Below, in pieces: positions 45,901 to 58,660 of a stretch of 64,000 nucleotides of DNA. Source of the stretch: Paramecium tetraurelia (Eukaryota); the NCBI GenBank assembly GCA_000165425.1, contig CT868540.1:434001-498000 (forward strand), in the 5' to 3' direction. Position numbers and translations under genes: made by a program. The notes beneath the pieces are model-generated. The model saw nothing but the letters and a program-made list of their open reading frames with translations. It was not told the origin of the DNA and searched no databases. Position 1 is the stretch's first letter, and every line of letters starts with the position of its first letter.

Positions 45901-46800
45901 ATGAAAAAGGGAGCACCAAAATATTAAAACAAAATTGCATTCAAAATGAGATTTCACGATCATTACACAGAGAAGATTTAGAATGCCTCTTTGGATAGGT
46001 ACCCTTTTAACATTAAAATAGATTGTGTGAATTGTGTTTAGCTTAGATTGAATGGAAAATTAAATATGGAAAATACAAGACTCCCCATGATTTATCAAGA
46101 TGTTATAAATGCGAAAAGAAAAACATCTTTAAGGCTTACAGAAGATTATGTGATGGCTGTTCTGATGAATTGAAACAATGCTCTAAATGCACAGAACCTA
46201 TTGAAATAAATGATGACAGTTCAAGTGGTGAAGAAATGGATGAAACACTAAAATGCTTAAGAGAGAGATCAAAAAGAACTGTTCTTAGAAAAATTGAAAA
46301 AGGTAAAAATTCTTTATATATTAATAGGTGAAATTACATGGGATAGACATAATAAAAAGTTTATTGATTCTGAAAGTGGAGAATAAGTCATAGTTCAATA
46401 CAAAAAAGATTATATTGATGAAGAAGATGAATAATTATGGGAGGATAATGATGATGAAAGTGATGATGATGAGGATGATGAAAGTGAAGAAGAAAGCCAA
46501 GAAGAAGACAATAAAAAACAAAACAAAAAGACTGTTTAATTCTAAAAGCAATAAAAGAGTTAAAAATAATAAACTGAATTATCAAAAAAAACAAAAGCTA
46601 AAAAAGTTGAATCTAGTGATGATGAGTCTTTAAGTGAAGATTCAGACGAAGAAAATTAATTCAAATAAATTGAAAAAATTAATCAAAAAGAACCTTCAAT
46701 ATATTCAGATGGATCAAATGAAGAAGAAAAAACAATTAGAATGGAGAAAAATTTCTAATTTTATTTTGATGGAAAATATCAGTTCGAGAAGGATGAATGA
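45901..46800 (+). CDS. DUF2039 / C9orf85-like Cys-rich protein with acidic tail
   Basis: KYQNKIAF, LCELCLAQIEWKIKYGKYK, CYKC...AYRRLCDGCS...CSKC, then D/E-rich tail. Confidence 0.88.
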
Positions 46801-48263
46801 TTAAAAAATTAATATTTTTGTGTTCTATTCATTTATTTTCAATATAATGTTCTTATTATTTATATCTATTGCTATTCTTAACAATTTACCAACCATTTCA
46901 GTTTTATAAGAATTGAAAATCAAAAGAATAATTTATTTTTTATATTCTGTACTCTTTACAATCAACCCTTTCTTCTAAAATTGAATGAATATAGTATATA
47001 AAATCTTGCTTCCTTAACTAATTTTAAAATTATATATTACTTAATCAACTTTATATATTCACTTTTTCTTATTTTCTATTCTAGTTAAATTAAAAATTCT
47101 CCACATCCATATTAGACATCCCCTTTTTTAGAATGAGATTTTGTATAAAATCTATATACATCACTTTTATCTAGGTAAATAAATATTATTATTAATAGGA
47201 TAGAAACTCTTCTAATCCAAATTGAATATATTTTGGATATATTTAAGACATTAACCCTTTTTGCTATGCTATTTTGTCCATTTATAATACATTACCATCA
47301 TTATATTGCTCATATAGTAATTGTGTATTTATACTCTATCAAAATCAGGAAATAGTGAAATCTAAGAGAATATCCTAAGAAAACACTAAAGAAGTTATCG
47401 TTATTTCTTTACTAATTTCTATTTCAAAATTTATTTAAAAAGGAATACTTATCATCTCATAAATCAAAAATTCTAAACACAATAAATCCCATATCATCTT
47501 GATTGATACTTCTGAAGTTATTACATAAGGAGGAAGAGGAGTTATATATTTCGTTATTTCTTTAACAAATGTTAATTTATATTATTTAATGATTAATCTT
47601 GATAGATATTGTTCTAAAGAAAAATTTCGTTTATTTTGAGCTCAGAATAATTTAGATTCCGATTAAAATTACTTCTTTCTTCTTTACAAAAATTTGAATT
47701 TCCTTATTTTTATGTAAATCCTCATCAGATTCATTACTGGTTGCCAGCTGTGTCCATCAAGGAACTTTAATTATTTAAAATTCATCCATTCTTTTTATTT
47801 TCTCGTTGTTGGTAAATATTCATTTTATTTAAGTTTCATTCATTAATTATTGTAAAAATTGAAATAACTTCGGTAGATATTTTCCTATTTTATTCTAAAA
47901 GGTTAAATCTTGATAAGGATTCGATTTCGACTAAAATTTTTCTGATCTTATTATTAAATTTAGTCAGAATTCATCTAAGCTTAACCAATTTTTAAGCAGT
48001 AATTCATTTCTTAAAAAATGAATATTTATTTCATCACATCTAAATAATTATAAAAAATATTAGAATATTGATTAAGTTATAAGGTATATTGAAATATTGT
48101 TAAATAAAAAAGGAATTTTTTTTTAATCAATTACATACATATAAGTATATTAAGTTAAATTGAGAAAAATATCAAAAATAATTTGATTAATAAAGTAATT
48201 AAGAATTCTATATTTTTATATAAAACAAGATAATCAAATAACAATTTTATTTAAAATATAATC

Positions 48264-49080
48264 TCAATAATAAGGATTTCCTTTAAGATAATCATCAATG
48301 TCAGTAATTATCCAATTGAAATTTGGTATATAGGACTCTAATCTTAATTTATGGTAGTAAAATTAATTATTATCATAATCGCCATGAACTAATATTCCTT
48401 CTTAATCTACTGCAACTAATTTCTTGCTGGTATAAATTAAAATATTCGCAACTAAAATTTGGTTTTCATAAAGACTAAAAGGATTTTTCAGATTTAGGTG
48501 ATAATTCCTTTTTAGAACGCATATAAATACCTTGGAGTGGTTGGCAAAGCAGGAATCTCAACGAAAGGAGTATTTTCATTTTCATTTCTGTTAATTTTCA
48601 CACCAAATACGCCTTTGATATCTACATTACATTTATAATCATTTTCTTAAAAAATATGATATGTCTCATTCTTGCCGCTAATGTAAATAATAGAATATCT
48701 TTTTACAGTATTTTTTAGAAAAAGCTAAACTATTATTATGGTTATTAGCCTTCCTGTTCTTCTTCATCCTCTTCTTGCTTTTCTCCATTTTGCTATTAAT
48801 CTTATTCAACGTATTATAATTTTAATTGCTTCTCTTCTAGCAAATCCATGCAATGTGAAGTAGCGTGATATAACTTAGGCTCTAGAATTTACTTCAAAAA
48901 CTCTTTGTCTTATTCTGCTATAGATTATAATAGCGATGTATAAACTTAAGATGTTTAATTCAAAAATCCTTCTCCTAGTTTTTAAGTTTTATATGAAGGA
49001 ATCAGATTATAAACTGTTGCCAAATAAGGCTCATATAAATAATCTAATCCATGGAATGCATAGGGTAATTTTCTCTACAT
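48264..49080 (-). CDS. hypothetical protein, Tim44-like domain suspected
   Basis: VYTSLLQSIAEQDKEFLKQILEPKLY ... LVHGD...WIITDIDD. Two introns (29 and 23 nt). Fold call is inference. Confidence 0.7.
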
Positions 49081-49346
49081 TAATTTAATAAATATTCATA
49101 ATATAAATATATTTGATAAAGGTTATTCAACTCATTTTTGAATTTTAGTAATCTTAAATATATTTGAATATCAAATGTATAGAGTTAAAATGTAGATGTT
49201 AATAATTTATTGGTATTTTAAAATTTTATTAATATAATAGATAATTATCACTCACTTAATTTTAGTTAATGTATATAACAATGCCAATTTTAGTAATTAA
49301 TTTATATTATACAATTCAAAATAATAAAGTTTATAAGATATGTAAT

Positions 49347-50083
49347 TCATTATAAAAAATGAGTATTTTTAGGTCTGAATATTTTAGGATCAAATTTGAC
49401 TCGTTTTTGACTTTTGGAGGTTTTTTGTGATTATGTATCATCGAAATTGATTGGCATTTATTATTATTTGAGACTAATACCCCTTTTTAGTTGATTAGTC
49501 TGTACAGGAGATTTATTTTTCAAAATACTTTTTTTTTAGTATTGGTCTCTGAATCCTTCCTCTATGATATTGAAGATTCGTCATTTAAGTTCTATGCTCT
49601 TTAAGCTCTTGAATTATTACTCAAACTTCTGGCGAATCTATCTCGCCTTTCATTTTAAGTTTCGCCATTAGGCTTAAATTGTGATTCCTTATACTATTAT
49701 TTTTTGTGTATGATTGGTTCTTCCTTGTTTTTATTAGACTCCTGGAAAGACGAATTATTAAGCATCTATTGCAATACAGAATTTGGGGTCGTTGTATTCA
49801 GAGAATGGTTCAGACTTTGGTCAATTTTAAGAGATTAGCGATTGGCACTACTGTTAAAAGTTGCAGTTTTATGAATGCTAAAGTTGATGTTCGGTTCTTG
49901 GAGTGTCGATTCTAATTGCTCTAAGGTTTCTTCACTTTCGCCTAGAAATTACAAAGGAGGGATAAGGATATTCTATTTATGAGGTTTTTTTCCTTAGGGT
50001 TTTCTTCTAAATATCATAGGAACACTATATTCAATTTAGGAAGTTGGGTGCTTTTCTTTGATACATGTTTGTGTCACTCCCAT
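49347..50083 (-). CDS. disordered protein with PP1-docking motifs (RVxF; SILK in shifted frame)
   Basis: MGVTQTC start and KRVKF near the C-terminus. Needs either the 29-nt intron 49500-49528 or an indel in the A9 run to be continuous. Confidence 0.7.
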
Positions 50084-50258
50084 TATTTATTTATTTATTA
50101 TTTTTTATATAAAAGAACTTAGATGTAGAGAGAACAATAGACTTTATTGTTCTTTGATTTATTTTTTAAAATATGATATTTAACTATGATTGATTTTATT
50201 TTTATATCAACGCAATAAATTGCATCATTTTATTATTCTATATTTCTGAATTATCAAA

Positions 50259-51109
50259 ATGATCAATAATTCTTTGCTCTCGGAGGAAATAGATCTCACT
50301 AAATCCTCGATAAGAAATGATTAAGAGATTGTTCTTATGTAATCAGCAATGAGATATAAAACAATTAAAAATAATCTATAACTAGTGATGATCCTAAATT
50401 TTATTTGCCTCATAGGGACAACGTATAATTTTCAATTTAATCAAGTTTTGCCATGGCATTTTATTAATGGTTTTTGATAGTGCTTCCAACTACTAAGACA
50501 AGGATCTGGCTGAATCTATTGTATGTTTACGATAAATAAGTTGAAAAATATATGAGTTATAGTACATATGAGAATTCAGAATACAATTTCTGTCTTTATG
50601 TCAAGGATTTAACCTAAAAAGATTGTCTCCATGAATTAAGAATATTAGAATCAATAGGTAAATCCATCTATTTATAGAGCAACAGGAATCTTTTGTTTTT
50701 GCTGCATTTTGATCTCCTTAATATTTTTGAGTTATGACATTGTTAGACTGAAACATCTATTGAAAGCGTTTGAATAATAATAAAAATATTAATCAAGACT
50801 CAAAGGAGTTATAGTATACTCACTAATAATTGTAGGCTTATTCGTTTCTTTGCTTGTATACTTCTTCACAACTATCTTCCTTTCAAGCTTGAGGGAAATT
50901 GAAAGTTCAATATTTTATTTAATTTAGCTCATTTTGGATCATCTTTTTGGGTAAATTTGTTTTGCTGCATCTCTCTTGTAATCTTTGCATGCTATTACAG
51001 AAAGTCAAAAGGTAGAATTCTTAGATTTTAAATAATGGAAAAGTTAATAAATCAAGAACTAGCAGAAGATTCCTTAAATCACTTAGATAGTTCCGAAGCT
51101 CATTTTTGA
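50259..51109 (+). CDS. four-TM claudin/PMP22-like membrane protein
   Basis: TM1-YQW...IWLNLLY...C-x9-C-TM2, TM3, then HFGSSFW-TM4. Three introns (23, 28, 23 nt). Confidence 0.72.
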
Positions 51110-51506
51110 TCTAAATTCTATTCAATTTATAATGATTAATTTTTGTTTATTTACTGAATTTAAAACTTAAAGTAGACTCACACTATTATTCTCTTAAGCA
51201 ATTGTTTGAACAACAATAATTTAAGGCAGAACATTGATTGAGGTATATTAAAATAAAAAAATAGACTTTCTAGGGAATAGAGCCCAACTTGCTCCTAAAT
51301 CAAATGTACTACTACACAGATACTAGTGAAGGCTTCTTTATAATCACAAACTATTTCTATCGATAAGCTTTTATTAAAAATATACTATTGTAAGTTTTGA
51401 TAATCAATTTTTTAATTTAATGTTATCGTTATAAAGAATTCAGAATTATTTTTATGATTAAATAATAAATTATCAGTTGATGATAAATTAATTTTCAGTT
51501 CATAAA

Positions 51507-51941
51507 ATGATAGTGCGTACACCAAGGGATGTTTAGAATTTGTAATTTTCAAACAATAAAGAAAATAAGAACAATAATTAAACTAATAATCAAATTGAAA
51601 AAACAATATAAGAATGCATAGACAGATCATCATTACAAATTGATGTTTTAGAATAAATACGAGCAAGATCAAAGGACAGAAAAAGTAGTCAGAAAACGAC
51701 TGGCAGAACAACTAGAAGATATGAAGAGCAAAATTAGAATTAGTTGATTTAAAATCAATTAACTAAACCTATTAAACTCGATTTTTAATTAGAAGACTAA
51801 GAAAACATATTAGTAACACATGAACAGATATAAGGGAAATAAAGTGAATTTTAACTTAGTTTAAAGGATCTCGATTAAATGTTTGAGGAAACTATTACAA
51901 AAAGCAGATAAATTACTTAAAAATTTAATTTTATTAGATGA
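51507..51941 (+). CDS. hypothetical protein (144 aa)
   Basis: Intronless ORF with AAAATG start context and charged/Q-rich composition. Confidence 0.6.
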
Positions 51942-51972
51942 ATATTGTTAAAATAATTTATGATTATAAATT

Positions 51973-52455
51973 TCATAATTATTCAAGCTTCTTTGTATCA
52001 ACTAATGGATTGTTTTTGATAAGTTATTGTTTCGCTTGTTCTGCATGATCAAAAGTGCAATTGTGATCTTCTGGCAATCTATGCTTGTTGCAAAAGACGA
52101 TTTTGCATTTACATTATATGCCTGATATACCTAGTTTTCTCTTGCATACATAGCATTTTGAGGGATCTTGCTGATAATTTTAAATCATTTAAATACCTGG
52201 ACATTAGCTTATTAATTTTATTATGCTTTTTCTTCAGGTATTTATTATTGTTGTTATAGTTAGGGTTATTGCTCATTATCCTTTTATGAAATAGTTCTAT
52301 TAGAATCAACGAATATACTTATAGCATTTCGAACAATAAAAGTTAGTTTTGGCACTTCCAAAGAAAGTTTGGCATAAGGGACACAGTTTTGTTTCTTATT
52401 TAACTTCTTAGTTTTTTGATTATTCTTCTGTAGTTGCCTATTAATTATTTTGCAT
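51973..52455 (-). CDS. A20/AN1 zinc-finger protein (ZFAND5/6, SAP-like)
   Basis: LCPLCQTFFGSAKTNFYCSKC (A20) and [36 protein letters not shown] (AN1). Confidence 0.93.
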
Positions 52456-52524
52456 TTTTATTATATTTAATAAAATAAATAACTAATCCTGATAGTGATT
52501 TAAATTGAAAAAATATAATTGTTA

Positions 52525-53724
52525 TCATTTTTGTAAGTTTTTTTTCCGTAATACACTTTATAGTTTTTATTCAAGTTCCTGCTGTCTAACATATAAATAA
52601 AAATGTACCTTTGCTTATTGTTTTACAGCAGTGCACCCTATTCGATACCTGGATCCAAATTAATCTCTTATATAAAAGGTTTTTTCATCTCGAAGCTGGA
52701 CCCAATGATAGAAGGATCAGAATTAGGATCATCTAATTAAAATTCTATTTTTCCTTATTAAAAATTAAAAAATGGATGCTAAAGTAATTTATCAGCTGAA
52801 TATTATTAATGATTTGGTACAAAAATAATATCTAAGAGATTTTTAGAGAGTGCACTGGCATGTTATGGATAAGGGGGTTTCAGTACTTCTGAACTATTCT
52901 TAATCAAATCATTAACATTGACTGCACAACCCCCAAACATCTCTATTATTACAGCCCCTAAAGATAAGATGTCTATTGCAAATTTCTCCTTATTCCTTTT
53001 CTATTCCTCTTCTGTTGCGGGTGACTTTTATTTTTGATTTATATCAAAATCTTGATCGATTGAAATAAACTTTTTGAAATTAGATAGCTTAATTGTGCCT
53101 TCACTATCAACCAAGATAGTTGATGTCTTAATGTAACTATGTACTATATTTTTTTTATGGAGATATTGAATGCCTTCCAGAATTTGTTTACCATATATTC
53201 TAATATTGGATTCCTCAAGGTGAATTTTATTCAAAACCCTCCTTAAGGAACCTTATGATATATATTCTAGAGCGATATCAACATAAGTAAAATCTGGGCT
53301 TATCTCTGTAAAATAATACTGGATTATGTTCTTATGTTTTAATTGCTTCAATAATTTTATTTCAGCCTTTAACTAATTGATCAATTAATTATTCTAATTG
53401 ATTAATTATTGTATTATACTTATTCTTTTGTCCCTTGAATCTTAACAGTCTTAATTGCCAATAATTTTCCTGTCTTATTATCAAGAGCTTGATAGACTTC
53501 AAACAAGGATCCCTTTCCAATTAATTCACTTTTTTTATAGTCTCGTTTCTTGTATACTTTTTGCTATTGCATTGAGCAATTAAAGTTTGTTGATTATGAC
53601 ATCGACTAACAATAAAATAATAGATTACATTTTGCAATTGATACTATTAAAATTGTGAGTCACTGATATTATTTTTGTTGATTTATTTATCCTTCCTATA
53701 TTGTTTGCTTCCACAATACCCCAT
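52525..53724 (-). CDS. STE11/MAP3K-like pseudokinase
   Basis: IGKGSLFEVY, LAIK, HKNIIQY. Catalytic loop reads VHSYIKTSTIL and the DFG position reads SNFK. MGYCGS N-terminus. Confidence 0.85.
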
Positions 53725-53887
53725 TTGTTAAATAGATAAAATAATAATAATAAATTATTATTTTATAATCCATAAATCTTTAGATGAAACCATTTACAAT
53801 TTGTAATTTAATGATAGAACAATAACGTATGTATATTGATATAAATGAACAAAAAGAATAGCAGTCATTGATGATTTTAATCAAAAT

Positions 53888-55122
53888 TCATTTTATTAAC
53901 TAATTCAAAATTTTATCAAATTCAATAAACTTATTTTAAATGTGTCTCTTTCTCTATTGATCCTTCTTTTTCTTCATTTGCTATTATTGTTATTGATATT
54001 CCTCCATATTAACAAAGCTTTTAATAATGGGTAGACATTGTTATTAGACAGCCGATTGCTAATTCTGTTATTAATTTTCTATCGTCTTTTGTCGAATATT
54101 GGAGTTGTTCATCTTGACACGAGATTACCTATTACGCAAGGGAGTATAGTTGATTTTTTTGATTTCTCCAAGGGAAGGTTGCTCTTTTTAAGTTTTGTCT
54201 ATTTCTCTGGCAAAATAAATTCTACGAAAGACTTGCTTTTTTAGTTAGTTAGAATCATCTTGGTTACTGGAAGTTCGCTGTCTTACACTATTTTGTTGGA
54301 GTTACTGTTGTTGTTATTAAATCTATTAGATGGTGAATTATTATTATTGGTCACTTATTTTCTTACCGAAAACCTCATTTAATTTTTATCTCAATTGTTA
54401 GTAATCTTCTCCTTTAATTAACTCCTTGATGGTCTTAATATCCTTGATAACACTTTGTTAAGCATACTTAGGAGAATCAAATTGCAGGACTGCAGATTTC
54501 AACATAAGTTCTGGATTATGCAAAGTTAATTTGACATCACACTCACCAAATAAAGTTAGATATTGAATATCCTTATATTCATATTCTATATACTTGATTT
54601 TTTTAAGCCATATAATCTGCATTCTGTGATTGCTACGGCCTCTCCTTCAAAATGATGAATGACTTGTCTTCCATTCTGAAACATGATGCCATCAGCTATG
54701 AACAAAATTGTATTTTCTAGATTCACAACCTATCTGTGCATAACTATAATCCTGTCTAGGTATTAGAATAGAAATGTAGGCAGTGTAGAGTATTTGTTTA
54801 AGAGTTTGTTTTAAGTTATCAGTTGTAGATACTTGAGATCTTCCTTAATTTCGTAATCTAGATGGGGCCAAATGTTGATCACTTTAATAATTAGCACTCT
54901 GTGATTATAGCTTTCTTTATTTAATGCATAGAAAGTTTACTAGGACAGACCCATTTGAGTGAATGCTTGATTTGGTAGAAATACAAATTATTCTGTTGTG
55001 AGTTTCCCATCTAATGGAATGTAGATGTTCTCTCCTTTGTCATACAGTTTAGAACTACTGCAATCAAAGTTTGGTTCTATTTTAGTATTCAATTTTTTGA
55101 GCATTGGAATTTCTAACATCAT
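53888..55122 (-). CDS. hypothetical protein (one frame break near 54600)
   Basis: Two long open segments. They join if the 22-nt intron GTATAT...TAAG is spliced and one A of the A7 run (54598-54604) is removed. Confidence 0.65.
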
Positions 55123-55293
55123 AAAAATAATTGTAATAATCAAATAAAGTCCATTCACATGAATTCCCTTTTGAGAGATTGAAGTAAGTAATTGAAATAA
55201 CTACTAAAATAAATAAGAATAGATTGGAAATATTGACTAGATTGCACTCAAATAACTATTTGCTTTTATATTAGTATTAATTATATTAAAGAA

Positions 55294-56650
55294 ATGTCTA
55301 ATTTTACATAATCATTTCATGGAGCTTCCTCTTTTGGGATTGGTTAGAGATTGAACATTGTATGATAACTCAATAATAAAAGTTTACATAAAAATAATCA
55401 AGTCCTAGTCCTCATCAATATACAATTCAATCAACTTTATCTTCAAGTGCTTCCAAATTTGGAAAGTCTTTACGAACATAACTGATCAATGATACGCCTT
55501 CCGTTGGAAAATATGAATTGGAATAAGAGAATGTATCTACATCGTTTAATGTATTATAGAATCGAAAATTAAAAATAACAATCAAAGGCAAAAGAAAACA
55601 AGAGAAGGTGTCCTCCATCGTTGGGTAATGAATTTGCTCTATTCTTAGACCTGGCAGCTATACAATCGAACCTCCGAAATCAAACAAAAAATATGGTTTC
55701 GGAGATAGATTTTTGATGACTTATGAAACTGAAGTACCTGGACCTAATCAATATCATTTGAGTAGCAATGGCCTGAAATCCAGCATTAATAAAAAGAATG
55801 GTTTTATGTTAAGTTCCAGCAAACAAGATAGCATCTATCCTCGATCATTAACTCCTGCGTATTCTTATTTAAACAATCCATAAGGCCTGGCCAATATGAT
55901 AGTTAATTTACTCAATACAGCACAAATCAAACCTTCTCTAAAGCCCCAAGAGAACCTTAATATTTGGATACCCCAGGTCCTGGAAGCTATCATTATGAAT
56001 AAAAGGAAGCCAAAGGATTTTCATTCTTAGCTAAGTATAAACCCCATGATCCATCCAATTATCCTGGGCCAGGCACTTATGATGTCTAAGACAAATTGAA
56101 AGGCAGTGGGACAATCAAATTCAATTCTATATTGAGATAAACCATCTTTGGCTAAATCAGAGAGGAAAGTCCTGGGCCTGGAACTTATAACTATGATTCT
56201 CTAACTCAAAAGAGCAAAGGTACCAAATTTAAAAAATCTCCTAAATTATATGATTACTCCAATAAAATTCCAGGTCCTGGGGCTTATGAGAGTAAAATCT
56301 CAACTTTACAAACTTAGGGGGGAGTCATGGGTAAACTGTATAGATCAAAAAGGATCTGTACAACTCCTGGACCTGGATAATATGATTTAGATTAATCATT
56401 CGATGATAAACTACTCAAAATAAATAGATGGAGTAAATCTAAGAGATTTCAAGATGAAAGAAATGACTACATTGGTCCTGGAAAATACGAAATAGATCGT
56501 TCTTTGATGAAAACAGGGGTTTCATTTACTAAATAAAAACATAATAGAGATAAAATTTAAAAACAACTTTTTGAATCTCCTGGTCCTGGACATTATCTAA
56601 TCGATTCTGAATTAGGATATATACCTGAATACTTAATCAAATAAAAATGA
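55294..56650 (+). CDS. sperm-tail PG-rich (STPG/SHIPPO/ODF3-like) repeat protein
   Basis: About 10 PGPGxY-type repeats (PGPGSY, PGPGTY x2, PGPGAY, PGPGQY, PGPGHY). Confidence 0.9.
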
Positions 56651-57242
56651 ATTCATTAAATTATATTAATCTAAAAATTGATCAGTTAAATTAATTTTTG
56701 ATTAAAAATTCTTGAAATTTAACTGAATCCATTTTATTCAATTTACTTATCTTTAAATACATATAATCTATGTATAATTCCCATCTATATATGATATAAT
56801 TAGTATTAAATTAGTTTGGAATTAATAGTTAGCTTTTTAATTTTTACATCCTTTTAGTTCATTTATTTCAATGATTTTATTTACATTTTATAAATTAGAA
56901 CTAACTCAAAGATGATCGTCAAATCTAGGATTCAAATGGACTAATCAAAAATAGTACATGGTTAAAGTTTAAAATTTGCAATTATTTGCTTATTATCAAC
57001 TAAAATGAGAGATGACAACTCAAATAGCCTATAAAGTATGAATAGTACTGGATAGATTTTGATATCAGTGTACTAGTACTAGATTTAAGATTATTCTTCC
57101 AATATTTATTGTAAGACCAAGAATCTCGATTAGAAATTATCAAATTTCATTTTGATTTACTCCTCAAAAGTAGATAAGAGATTCAGTAAGAAAATAGGTT
57201 GAAAATATAATTGAATTATCTTTTTTCTAAATATTTTATGAA

Positions 57243-57986
57243 TCATTAATTAACATAGACTGGAATGTGACGTTCTGAAAACTTTTTAGCCTTAACTTTG
57301 ATGTTTTCGACAATCAATGGCTAAATGTCGCGACTATTGATAGGCTCATCATTTGGTTTAAATTGAGGTAATATTGCAAGAATAATCCCTCCATTTTAAT
57401 AGTGTGAAGATACTTCTCTAATTTACACTCTGGTAAAGAAAGCCGTGCCTTTTATTAAGGGTACACATAAATGACCTTTTAATATCTATTCACCCTTGTT
57501 GTTGACTTTGATTTCTTTTGGATATTGTTCTTGAGAATATATCGCAACAACCAATTCGATTTTATTAGGATTTCGGACTAATTCACCATTCTTATTTTTT
57601 AGCTCAACTCTTAATTAAAAGATACGATCTCTATAAAGTGGAGTTTCAAGAGGATCTGCTAGTGTTAACTTGTATTTGTATGACTTCTCCAGTAACTAAA
57701 ATAATAAAAATAAAGCTACAGATCTTAGGTTGAAGGATATGTTTAATTGTGAGTTGGTGAATAATTCGTCATTTCGTTTAATTTAGATTTATGAGCAAGA
57801 TAGTTCAGGTCTTCCTTATTAAAGCAGTTTATTATTAATTTATTGAAATTTAAGCAAATAGTCTTGTAGAAGATTATTAAATTTATCCTAGCTAGTATTG
57901 AGCTAATCAAGAAGTGTCTTGTAAGCATCAACTTACTTGTCTAGCAATTCAAAAAACTGTGTTTATTGAGTTAAAATGTTTTGCAT
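57243..57986 (-). CDS. hypothetical protein with beta-sandwich domain (putative DNA-binding)
   Basis: PLYRDRIFQLRVEL...ILKG...FTRVQIREVSSHYQNG...IQPLIVENIKVKAKK. One 24-nt intron. Confidence 0.75.
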
Positions 57987-58660
57987 AATTTTTGGGGAGT
58001 AAAAATATTAATATATTTATTTAATTAAATAAGTATAATTATTTAATTCAATTAAATTAATTTCTCAGCTTGATAATTAGAAAATGGTTTAATCCTTTAA
58101 GGTTTGGATTAAAATTAGCTTAGAATTTAAAAATCTAATCTAGATTTGAACGAATCAGTTTGGAGATAAATAAATAATTAAACTATTTTTTTAAACCATT
58201 TCTCCCAGTTAGATCCAGAGATCCCATAATGATATGTCACCTTTCCCTTACTAAATGCCTTCAATAAATCATATTTAGATCTAATCTACTATAATTTTTA
58301 GGTATAAATTTGACTATTATTTCTAGGACTAATAGTTCATTAAGTATTCTCATCAAAGTAGTAACCATCGAAATATCTGGAACATTCATATTTGATAAAT
58401 CTCATTTGACTACCACTCATAATCATTAATAATTAAAGGATTTTAAATTTAATAGATGTTTAAATCAGCTTATAATTTTAAAATAATTCATGCTATTTTC
58501 CTATTGATATGCCAACGTTGTAGTATAATATTCTGAGTCCTTCCTATAATTGATAATTAGAATTGTAATTACTCTCTAGTAAAACTAAATAAGATACTAA
58601 AACCATTTAAAGTAAACTGGTTGTATGAAAAATTGTTCAAAAAATAAATTATATTAGCTA

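Noticed and set aside
46400..46510. GAT/GAA trinucleotide repeat tract
   Set aside because: It encodes the acidic D/E tail of the DUF2039 protein and is not an independent repeat element.
55700..56600. Spaced CC(A/T)GG(A/T/G)CCTGG repeats as a CRISPR-like array
   Set aside because: They are degenerate codons of PGPGxY protein repeats with third-position variation inside one ORF, and there are no cas genes.
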